Of a DNA stretch of 64,000 nt, positions 1 through 7,406 are shown in pieces. The notes beneath the pieces are model-generated. The model saw nothing but the letters and a program-made list of their open reading frames with translations. It did not search any database and was not told the DNA's origin. The stretch is taken from NCBI GenBank assembly GCA_963716255.1, contig OY970303.1, positions 4,192,001 through 4,256,000 of the forward strand, read 5' to 3'. The DNA comes from an uncultured Gemmatimonadales bacterium (lineage in GTDB: Bacteria; Gemmatimonadota; Gemmatimonadetes; Longimicrobiales; Longimicrobiaceae). Both the position numbers and the translations under genes were made by a program. Numbering within the stretch: the first letter of the stretch is position 1; each line of letters begins with the position of its first letter.

Positions 1-109
1 CGAGAGCAAACGTAGCGGGCCACGCCGGTGCGCTGCCACCCGGATCTTGCGCCGCAATTCGCCGCCCATTGACGGCGGCGGGCGCATCCGCCATCCTGCC
101 ACCGCTCAT
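1..109 (-). CDS. Possible 5' fragment of a gene running off the window edge
   Basis: ATG (cat at 107-109) opens a stop-free frame MSGGRMADAPAAV... to the edge; no motif recognised. Confidence 0.25.
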   Translation of the reverse strand, partial: MSGGRMADAPAAVNGRRIAAQDPGGSAPAWPATFAL

Positions 110-146
110 ACCGGATTGGGTTGGAAGGGCCTGGCACGACTGGGTT

Positions 147-274
147 GGGCGTGCCCCCGGCTGGCGCCGGGGTCGGGCTTCGGCTCCGTAAGCCCGCAAA
201 CAACGCGGGCTAACGGAGTCGAGCCCCGGCAAACTGCGCCGGGTCTCGCCCCTTCGGGCCGTAATCCCTCACGC
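147..274 (-). repeat. Family A structured repeat, copy A1
   Basis: Reverse complement of GCGTGAGGGAT...GCCCGAAGGGGCGAGA...GCTCGACTCCGTT...TACGGAGCCGAAGCCCGACCCCGG...CCGGGGGCACGCCC; variable stem AGCCCGC/GCGGGCT. Confidence 0.95.
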
Positions 275-336
275 GGGGGATCGCGCCGCCGGCCGCCTCC
301 TTTCGTGCAGCTCCGGCAAGGACACTCCGACCGCAG

Positions 337-1575
337 ATGACCCATTCGCAGTGGATGCTGGCCGCGGGGCTCGCCGCGCTGGAAGTGCTCCTCCTGGCAT
401 CGCTCCTGAAGCGGTCCCCGGAAGGGAGCCGTCCCCGGCGCCGGGAGCGGGTCCAGACCGTCGTGCTCGCGCACGTTCTGGGGGCCGCGCTGTTCTTCGC
501 GGGCGGGTACACCCAGGCGAGCCATGGCTGGTTCAGCGGGAACGCCGCCCGCTGGAAGCAGCTTCCCACCCCGTTCGAGCCGTTCACCGCCAGCGGCGAC
601 CCCAGCCTCGCGCGGCAGGTGGGCGCGGTCGAGCGGCGCTCCCCGCGCCCGGACCTCGGCTCCGCGCGGGAGGTGGCGCGGTGGCAGCGGGAGATGCGCA
701 GCTACCTGGACAGCGCGGTGATCGGCGCCGGCGGCGCGCGGGGCGGGGCGCCGCCCCGCCACCGCGTCCTGGGCACGGCGGAGCTGCCGGGCGGAGTGTC
801 GCGCTCGTTCGTGGCGGTCCCGGGGTTCGACGGCACGCCGCTCCCCGGCTACCTGTTCGTGCCGCCGGGCGCGGGCCGCCGTCCGGCCGTCCTGGTGATC
901 TCCGGCCACGGCAACGGCATCATCGAGACGGCGGGGCTCACGCCGTCGTACCAGCACGAGGCCGCGCTCCGCCTGGCGCGCGCCGGGTACGTCACCTTCA
1001 CGCCGGAGCTGCGCGGGTTCGGCTACCTGGGGCTGCGCATCGGCAACGAGCACCTCACCACGGCAAACAACGCGGTGCTGGCGGGCCGCTCGTACAAGGC
1101 GTTCCTGCTGCGCGACCTGCGCGGAATGGTGGACTGGCTCCGGGCGCAGCCCGCCGTGGACCCGGACCGCGTGGGGGTCACCGGCGTCTCCTTCGGCGGG
1201 GAGATGAGCGTCGCCCTGGCCGCCGTGGACCCGCGGCTGCGCGTGGTGGTGGCCCAGGGAACCGAGGGCGGCGTGGGACCGCACGACGGGTACGCGCGCG
1301 ACGCCAACCCCGGCTACCCGCACGTGCTCTGCCACTTCTTCGACACGCCGAACCGGCACCTCGCCCGCGAGGACCCCTTCCTCCTGGTGGCCCCCCGCCC
1401 CATGCTCCTGGTGCGCGGCACGGAGGAGGGCCCGGAGGACGCCGCCTTCCTGGCCCTGCTGCGGAGCACGTACCGCCTGCTGGGATCGGGCGGCGGCTTC
1501 GCGGACCGGAGTGTGCCCGGCGGACACGAGTACTTCGCGGACCCGGCGATCGCCTTCTTCCGCGAGCACCTGTAG
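337..1575 (+). CDS. Membrane-anchored alpha/beta hydrolase (dienelactone hydrolase/acetyl-xylan esterase-like)
   Basis: N-terminal hydrophobic helices, GxSxGG nucleophile motif (GVSFGG), C-terminal GGHEY. Confidence 0.8.
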   Translation: MTHSQWMLAAGLAALEVLLLASLLKRSPEGSRPRRRERVQTVVLAHVLGAALFFAGGYTQASHGWFSGNAARWKQLPTPFEPFTASGDPSLARQVGAVERRSPRPDLGSAREVARWQREMRSYLDSAVIGAGGARGGAPPRHRVLGTAELPGGVSRSFVAVPGFDGTPLPGYLFVPPGAGRRPAVLVISGHGNGIIETAGLTPSYQHEAALRLARAGYVTFTPELRGFGYLGLRIGNEHLTTANNAVLAGRSYKAFLLRDLRGMVDWLRAQPAVDPDRVGVTGVSFGGEMSVALAAVDPRLRVVVAQGTEGGVGPHDGYARDANPGYPHVLCHFFDTPNRHLAREDPFLLVAPRPMLLVRGTEEGPEDAAFLALLRSTYRLLGSGGGFADRSVPGGHEYFADPAIAFFREHL

Positions 1576-1633
1576 CCCGTGCCACCCTCCACAGGAGAGC
1601 GCCCGTGACCCGTCCCCCGTCCGGAGCCCCGCG

Positions 1634-2299
1634 TTGACCACCCGCCGCCGCGACGTCGTGCTCCCCGCCCCGGAGGCCGTCGCGCACCTGCGCGCCGCCG
1701 ACCCCGTCCTGCGCGGCGTCGTGGACCGCGTGGGAGCGTTCGAGATCTCCATGGAGCGCGACCTGTGGTGGGCGCTGGTGGACGCCATCTCCAGCCAGCA
1801 GCTCTCGGTGAAGGCCGCCGCCACCATCGTGGGGCGGCTGCACGCGCTGGGCGCGGCCGGCCGTCCGCCCACGCCGGAGGAGGTACTGGCCCTCCCGGAC
1901 GAGACGCTCCGCGGCGCGGGCCTGTCGCGCGCCAAGACCGCCTACGTGCGCGACGTGGCCGCCCGCTGGCTGGACGGCTCGCTGCGCCACGACGAGATCC
2001 CCGCCCTCCCCGACGAGGAGGTGATCGCCGCGCTCACACAGGTGAAGGGGATCGGTCGCTGGACGGCCGAGATGATCCTGGTGTTCTGCCTGGACCGCCC
2101 CGACGTGCTCCCAGTGGACGACCTGGGGATCCGCGTGGCCGCGCAGCGCTGGTACGGCCTGCCGGAGCGCCCGGGCAAGGAGGAGCTTGAGCGCATCGCC
2201 GAGCCCTGGCGCCCGTTCCGGACGCTGGCCTCGCGCTACCTGTGGAAGAGCCTGAACGCCACCCCGGTCGCCGGGAGCGCCCCGGACCCGGCGGGCTGA
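1634..2299 (+). CDS. alkA: DNA-3-methyladenine glycosylase II (HhH-GPD family)
   Basis: ISSQQLS, HhH motif LTQVKGIGRWTAEM, LPVDDLG, WRPFRT; TTG start after GGAG chosen by inference. Confidence 0.88.
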   Translation: MTTRRRDVVLPAPEAVAHLRAADPVLRGVVDRVGAFEISMERDLWWALVDAISSQQLSVKAAATIVGRLHALGAAGRPPTPEEVLALPDETLRGAGLSRAKTAYVRDVAARWLDGSLRHDEIPALPDEEVIAALTQVKGIGRWTAEMILVFCLDRPDVLPVDDLGIRVAAQRWYGLPERPGKEELERIAEPWRPFRTLASRYLWKSLNATPVAGSAPDPAG

Positions 2300-2312
2300 A
2301 CGGCGACGGCGA

Positions 2313-2355
2313 CCCCCTCACCCCCCGGCCCCTTCTCCCACAGGGGGAGAGGGGG
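2313..2355. repeat. Family C REP-like palindrome
   Basis: CCCCCTCACCCCCCGGCCCCTTCTCCCACAGGGGGAGAGGGGG; similar to 39666-39703. Confidence 0.7.
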
Positions 2356-2415
2356 AAAGCCGTGCGAGCCCGTGCGAGCCGGGTGGGGGCCCTCGTGGAC
2401 GCCCACGCGGGCCCC

Positions 2416-2545
2416 GCGTGAGGGATTCCGGCCCGAAGGGGCGAGACCCCGCGGGCCGTTTCGCGGGGGCTCGACTCCGTTGCAAACGGTAGTATCGTTT
2501 GCTACGGAGCCGAAGCCCGACCCCGGCGCAGCCGGGGACACGCCC
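2416..2545 (+). repeat. Family A structured repeat, copy A2
   Basis: Full consensus; variable hairpin GCAAACG-GTAGTAT-CGTTTGC. Confidence 0.95.
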
Positions 2546-2580
2546 TACCCCGCTGTACGTCGTCCAGCACCCCACACTCC

Positions 2581-2595
2581 TGGCACGATGATTGA
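2581..2595 (+). promoter_or_regulatory. Possible sigma54 (-24/-12) promoter
   Basis: TGGCAC-GATGA-TTGA versus consensus TGGCAC-N5-TTGC (one mismatch at -12). Confidence 0.35.
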
Positions 2596-2657
2596 GGTCC
2601 CACCCCCAAAGCCACGACGAAGTGGCGAGCAGGCAACGTGATGTGACCCACGCGACG

Positions 2658-2689
2658 GGGCGTCCTCAGGGGCGCCCTTTTGCATTTTT
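2658..2689 (+). terminator. Terminator-like hairpin directly upstream of the 2705 gene
   Basis: GGGCGTCC-TCAG-GGGCGCCC followed by TTTTGCATTTTT. Confidence 0.5.
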
Positions 2690-2704
2690 CCCAGGAGGTG
2701 AACC

Positions 2705-3124
2705 ATGCGCTCGGTTCTCGCGACGGCGGTGGCCGTCCTCGCAGTGGTCGTGCTGGGCGGGGCGTGCGCCCCCGCGGCGTCGGGTGGCGCGGTCCTGCTG
2801 CCCCCGGAGATGTCGCCGGTCAGCACTGCCGCGCCGCCCACGGTGCGGGTGACCAACAACAACTGGTCCAACATGACCGTGTACGCCGTGCGCGGCAGCA
2901 ACCGCTTCCGCCTGGGGATGGTGACCAGCATGGCGACGGAGGTGTTCAGGCTCCCCGCCTCGCTCACCAGCGGGGCCACCGGCGTGCGGCTCCTGGCGGA
3001 CCCCATCGGGGGGAGCGAGCAGTACCTCACCCCCGCGGTGTACGTGGGCCGGGGCGAGGAGGTGAAGCTGGACCTCCACAACCAGCTCCAGATCTCCAGC
3101 GTGAGCGTCTGGGGACAGCGCTGA
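2705..3124 (+). CDS. Hypothetical lipoprotein
   Basis: Strong RBS GGAGGT; signal peptide ending GGAC; beta-rich mature part. Confidence 0.8.
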   Translation: MRSVLATAVAVLAVVVLGGACAPAASGGAVLLPPEMSPVSTAAPPTVRVTNNNWSNMTVYAVRGSNRFRLGMVTSMATEVFRLPASLTSGATGVRLLADPIGGSEQYLTPAVYVGRGEEVKLDLHNQLQISSVSVWGQR

Positions 3125-3225
3125 GGCGCGGGGGCGGCCCGCGGAGCCACTTGTTCCTGCCCGGGGACGCTGTACCTTTCGGGCCTCGAGCGAGAGGGTG
3201 AACCCGGACGCCGCAAGGACCACGA

Positions 3226-4287
3226 GTGCCGACGCTGGACGCGCTGATCAGGGGGCTCCCGGAGCGCCCGGACCCGGACGAGCTGCTGCTGGGGTTCGTG
3301 CCGCCGCCCCGCTTCGCCGGGAAGCGGTTCGAGGACTACGCCCCGGACGCGCGCTTTCCCTCGCAGCGGGCGGCCGTGGAGCGGCTGCGGGCCTTTGCCG
3401 CGTCCATGCGGGCGGGCTCGCTGGACGGGTGGATGCGCCGCGTGCGCGCCGCCGTCGGCGGGGCGGAGCGGGGAACGGGGGTGTACCTGGACGGCGGCTT
3501 CGGGGTGGGGAAGACGCACCTGCTGGCGGCGCTCTGGCAGGCCTCGCCCGCGCCCCGGGCGTATCTCAGCTTCGACGAGCTGGTGTATACCATCGGGCTG
3601 CTGGGGGTGGGGCCCACGCGCGAGGCCTTCCGGGGGATGCGGCTGGTGGCGGTGGACGAGTGGGAGCTGGACGACCCCGGCAACCTCAAGCTCGCGCTCG
3701 CCTTCCTGCGCGGGGCGCTGGAGGACGGCGTGCGCGTGGCCACCACCTCCAACACCGTCCCCGACGAGCTGGGGCGCGGACGCTTCTCGCAGAAGGACTT
3801 CCGCGCCGAGATCGAGGAGCTGGCCTCCGCCTTCGAGACGGTGCGGGTGCAGGGCGAGGACTTCCGCCACCGCCGCTTCCAGGCCGATCCCGGGCGGCGT
3901 TATTTCCTGCCGCGGGATGAGCTGGCCGTCGCGGCGCGGGCGGCGGGGCCCGGGGCGCTGTACGCGCCCTTCCCCGAGCTGCTCTCCGCCCTGGGCACGG
4001 TGCACCCCATCCGCTACGCCGCGCTGGCGGAGCGGATCGACGCGCTGCTCGTGGAAGGGCTGGCCACCGTCCCCGTGCTCCCCGACGCGCTGCGCTGGGT
4101 GCACTTCGTGGACAAGGTGTACGACGACGCGGTGCCGTTCGCGGCCAGCTCCGGCGTGGACCTGGAAGCGCTGTTCCCGGCCGAGTTCCTGCGTGGGCCG
4201 TACGGGAAGAAGTTTTCCCGCTGCCTGTCCCGGATGGAGGAGCTGCTGGGGGAGCGGGAGCCGGCGCGTGAGCGGGTGGCGGGGTGA
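3226..4287 (+). CDS. zapE: Cell division ATPase ZapE (AFG1 family)
   Basis: Walker A GVYLDGGFGVGKTHLL, Walker B VAVDEWE, TTSN, FVDKVYD, RCLSRMEE. Confidence 0.9.
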   Translation: MPTLDALIRGLPERPDPDELLLGFVPPPRFAGKRFEDYAPDARFPSQRAAVERLRAFAASMRAGSLDGWMRRVRAAVGGAERGTGVYLDGGFGVGKTHLLAALWQASPAPRAYLSFDELVYTIGLLGVGPTREAFRGMRLVAVDEWELDDPGNLKLALAFLRGALEDGVRVATTSNTVPDELGRGRFSQKDFRAEIEELASAFETVRVQGEDFRHRRFQADPGRRYFLPRDELAVAARAAGPGALYAPFPELLSALGTVHPIRYAALAERIDALLVEGLATVPVLPDALRWVHFVDKVYDDAVPFAASSGVDLEALFPAEFLRGPYGKKFSRCLSRMEELLGEREPARERVAG

Positions 4288-4305
4288 TCCTGTGATCGTG
4301 TCGTA

Positions 4306-4464
4306 GGGCCGCTCCGGAACCAGGCCAAACAGCCGGCCTGTTTCCTACGCGGGCGCAGGGAGCCAGGCCAAACTGCCGGCCTGTCTCCCTGCGCCGGAGA
4401 GAGCCAGCCGAAACTGCCCGGCTGTCTCCCTCCGCGACAGGATGGGGGAACGGCAGGGAACGGC
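4306..4464 (+). repeat. Family B structured repeat, copy B1 (3 hairpin modules)
   Basis: GGGCCGCTCCG head, three GA(G/A)C-stem-AAAC(A/T)GCC-stem-T(C/T)TC modules, CCTCCG...GGAACGGC tail. Confidence 0.92.
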
Positions 4465-4468
4465 GCCG

Positions 4469-4489
4469 GCCCGCGGGAGCGGGCTTTTT
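4469..4489 (+). terminator. Intrinsic terminator after zapE
   Basis: GCCCGC-GGGA-GCGGGC-TTTTT. Confidence 0.7.
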
Positions 4490-4687
4490 GCTGCGGGGCT
4501 GGTGTCGGCGACGACGGCTGCCGCCGCGGGTGGTGTGGCAGGCTGTGGCGCTTCACGCTGCGCGTGAACCGATGAACCCTGTTCCCTGCTTTTCGCCGGA
4601 CCATTTGCTCGAACGCTGGGTACCTGCACCCGCCGCCGGACGAACGCACGTCCGGCACCTGAACGGACCAGGAACGAACTCTCACGG

Positions 4688-6607
4688 ATGAGACCGCAAG
4701 CAACCTCCAAGATCGCGGCCGCGCTGGCGGCCCTCGCGCTGGCGCTTCCCGCCGTGGCCGCGGCCCAGGCGCGGGCGGACACCTCCGTGTTCCGCCCGCT
4801 GGAGCTCGCCGCGCCCAACGAGTACCGGTCGGCCAGCGGGGCGCCCGGGCCGCGCTACTGGCAGCAGCGCGCCGCCCACAGCATCGCCGCGGCGCTGGAC
4901 ACCACGACGCACGTCGTCCGCGGCACCGAGACCATCCGCTACCGCAACAACTCGCCGGAGACGCTGCGGTTCGTGTGGCTGCAGGTGGACCAGAACCTGT
5001 ACCGGCCGGGGAGCAAGGGCTCCTTCCAGAACCCCTCCGACTCGCGCTGGGGAGCGCGCGACTTCGCGGGCGGGGTCACGTTCTCGTACGTGCGGGCCGG
5101 CGGGCGCACGGTGCAGCCGTACGTGGACGACACCATGATGCGGCTGGATCTGCCGCGCCCGCTTGCGCCCGGGGAGAGCGTGGAGCTGGAGCTGGGGTGG
5201 TCGTTCCCGGTGCCCGAGCACGGCTCCGACCGCATGGGGCGGCGGGGGCAGCTGTACGAGATCGCGCAGTGGTTCCCGCGCATGGCCGTGTTCGACGACG
5301 TCAGCGGCTGGAACACGGACCCGTACCTGGGCCAGGGCGAGTTCTACCGCGAGTACGGCGACTACGACGTGGCGATCACCGTTCCCGCCGATTTCGTGGT
5401 CGCCGCCACCGGCGTCCTCCAGAACCCCGGCGAAGTGCTCACCGCCGCCCAGCGCGAGCGCCTGGCCCGCGCCGCCGGCACCGACGAGCAGGTGTCCATC
5501 ATCACCGCCGACGAGGCGGGGACCGCGGCGGCCCGGCCGCGCTCCGCGGGGACGCAGACGTGGCGCTTCCGCGCGGAGAACGTGCACGACTTCGCGTGGG
5601 CGGCCTCGCCGCGCTTCCGCTGGGACTCGGAAACGTGGGACGGGGTGCGCTGCCACTCCTTCTACGAGCCCGACGCGGAGAACTGGACCACGGCGGCGGA
5701 CATGACCTGCTTCTCCATCAAGGAGTTCTCCACCCGCTGGTTCCGCTACCCGTACCCGCAGGCCACCAGCGTCGCCGGCCCGGTGGGGGGGATGGAGTAC
5801 CCCATGTTCGTGATGGTGGGCTCCACCGGCACGGAGCAGAGCGTGTTCAGCACCATCGCCCACGAGCAGGGGCACGAGTGGTTCCCCATGATCGTCAGCT
5901 CCAACGAGCGGCGCTACGCCTGGATGGACGAGGGCTTCAACACCTTCATCGACCACTGGACCGGCGCGCTGCGCTACCCGGCCGACACGGTGCAGTACAT
6001 GAAGCCGCAGGTGCGCGGGGCGTACGAGTCGCTACGGGACCGCGGCGGCGACCCGGTGGTGATGACGCCGCCGGACCGCATCCTGCGCACCTCGCTGGGG
6101 GTGGGGGCGTACTACAAGCCCGCGCTGGCACTGCACATGCTCCGCGACGAGGTGGTGGGGCCGCAGGCCTTCGACGCGGCGTTCCGCGAGTACGTCCGCC
6201 GCTGGGCGTACAAGCACCCCACGCCGGCGGACTTCTTCCGCACCATGCACGACGTCACCGGCCGGGACCTGTCCTGGTTCTGGCGCGGGTGGCTGTACAC
6301 CGCCGAGCCGCTGGACCAGGCGGTGACCAACGTGACGAGCACCGCGGCGGAGGGCGGCGGCTTCACCGCAACCGTGGAGCTGGCGAGCCTGACCCCGGTG
6401 GCCATGCCGGTGCGCCTGCGCCTGGTGCTGGGCAACGGCGAGACGCGCGACGTGGAGCTGCCGGAGACGGTGTGGAACGGCGGCTTCGCCTACACCTTCG
6501 TCACGCGCGTCCCGGCTGCGGTCACGGGCGTGCTGATCGACCCGGCGAACACGCTCCCCGACCGCAGCCGCTCCAACAACGCCTGGGGTACGTCGCGGAC
6601 GAAGTAG
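4688..6607 (+). CDS. Secreted M1 family zinc aminopeptidase
   Basis: Signal peptide; GGMEYP; HEQGH zinc motif with downstream WMDEG; AYYKP. Confidence 0.93.
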   Translation: MRPQATSKIAAALAALALALPAVAAAQARADTSVFRPLELAAPNEYRSASGAPGPRYWQQRAAHSIAAALDTTTHVVRGTETIRYRNNSPETLRFVWLQVDQNLYRPGSKGSFQNPSDSRWGARDFAGGVTFSYVRAGGRTVQPYVDDTMMRLDLPRPLAPGESVELELGWSFPVPEHGSDRMGRRGQLYEIAQWFPRMAVFDDVSGWNTDPYLGQGEFYREYGDYDVAITVPADFVVAATGVLQNPGEVLTAAQRERLARAAGTDEQVSIITADEAGTAAARPRSAGTQTWRFRAENVHDFAWAASPRFRWDSETWDGVRCHSFYEPDAENWTTAADMTCFSIKEFSTRWFRYPYPQATSVAGPVGGMEYPMFVMVGSTGTEQSVFSTIAHEQGHEWFPMIVSSNERRYAWMDEGFNTFIDHWTGALRYPADTVQYMKPQVRGAYESLRDRGGDPVVMTPPDRILRTSLGVGAYYKPALALHMLRDEVVGPQAFDAAFREYVRRWAYKHPTPADFFRTMHDVTGRDLSWFWRGWLYTAEPLDQAVTNVTSTAAEGGGFTATVELASLTPVAMPVRLRLVLGNGETRDVELPETVWNGGFAYTFVTRVPAAVTGVLIDPANTLPDRSRSNNAWGTSRTK

Positions 6608-6631
6608 GGGAACGGGAGTGCGGAACGACGA

Positions 6632-6665
6632 GGCGCCCCCGCCGGGAGATCCCGGCGGGGGCGCC
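6632..6665. terminator. GC hairpin between convergent genes
   Basis: GGCGCCCCCGCCGGGA-GA-TCCCGGCGGGGGCGCC inverted repeat. Confidence 0.6.
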
Positions 6666-6676
6666 GTCGTGGGGGG

Positions 6677-7033
6677 CTACGCCACGGAGCCGCGGAGCCG
6701 GCGCGCGTCCCCGCCCATGAGCAGCTCGCCCTCCAGGTGCGCGGCGCGGGCGGGGTGGCCCACGCTCTCCACGCTGCGCTCCCACTCCGCGCGCCCCATC
6801 ACCCAGAAGTCCACGCGGGGGCGGACGGCGGGAATGCGCCGCTGGAGCTTGGCCTCCAGCGCCAGCGCGTCGTCGCCGTCGTCGCGCAGCACCACGAAGG
6901 CGTAGAAGCCGTGTCCCTCCGGGGGCGACACGGGACGAAGCCCCACCACGCGCTCGATGCGGTGGGCGCCCACCACCCGGCCGATGGCGCGGGCGAGCTC
7001 GTCCGGGGTGCGAGGTCGATTCGAGTTCGACAT
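6677..7033 (-). CDS. Small protein resembling a degenerate minimal nucleotidyltransferase (MNT) fold
   Basis: 118 aa; layout ERVV...FVVL...VDFWV...EW...EGELL is MNT-like, but the GS and DxD motifs are missing. Confidence 0.5.
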   Translation of the reverse strand: MSNSNRPRTPDELARAIGRVVGAHRIERVVGLRPVSPPEGHGFYAFVVLRDDGDDALALEAKLQRRIPAVRPRVDFWVMGRAEWERSVESVGHPARAAHLEGELLMGGDARRLRGSVA

Positions 7034-7254
7034 GAACATCCACTTCGGTCGTGATCCGGCCAGGCGGGCGCGGCCCCCGGGATGCCGCCCCCCGCCTGCC
7101 CTTTCCGGGCCCGCGGCGGGGACCCCGCCGCGCCCCCGCAAGGTGCCACTTGCACAGGGTTCGCAGCCGCGATGCAAGACAGCGGCCCGGAGATCCGCGC
7201 CGCTGCTGGAGAATCGCCCGCGAGCGCGGACTCAACCGTCTTTTTACCTCCCCT

Positions 7255-7383
7255 GCGTGAGGGATTACGGCCCGAAGGGGCGAGACCGCGCGGCTGTTTG
7301 CGCGGGCTCGACTCCGTTAGCCCGCGTAGTTTGCGGGCTTACGGAGCCGAAGCCCGACCCCGGCGCCAGCCGGGGGCACGCCC
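7255..7383 (+). repeat. Family A structured repeat, copy A3
   Basis: Full consensus; variable hairpin AGCCCGC-GTAGTTT-GCGGGCT. Confidence 0.95.
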
Positions 7384-7406
7384 GAACCCGCCGTTCAGGC
7401 CGTCCG

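Noticed and set aside
106..340. Recurring peptide motifs such as VRDYGPKGRD and TEPKPDPGA in many ORFs
   Set aside because: They are translations of family A repeats, not a protein domain; the stem covariation indicates selection at nucleotide-structure level.
2489..2496. Loop GTAGTAT resembling the circular-ssDNA-virus nonanucleotide TAGTATTAC or the REP GTAG tag
   Set aside because: Only 2 of 8 copies have this loop and the following TAC is absent; too weak to assign a nick site.
2416..2545. Family A as a tRNA or tRNA-derived element
   Set aside because: Multi-branched, but lacks the T-loop GTTCRA, D-loop and CCA features.
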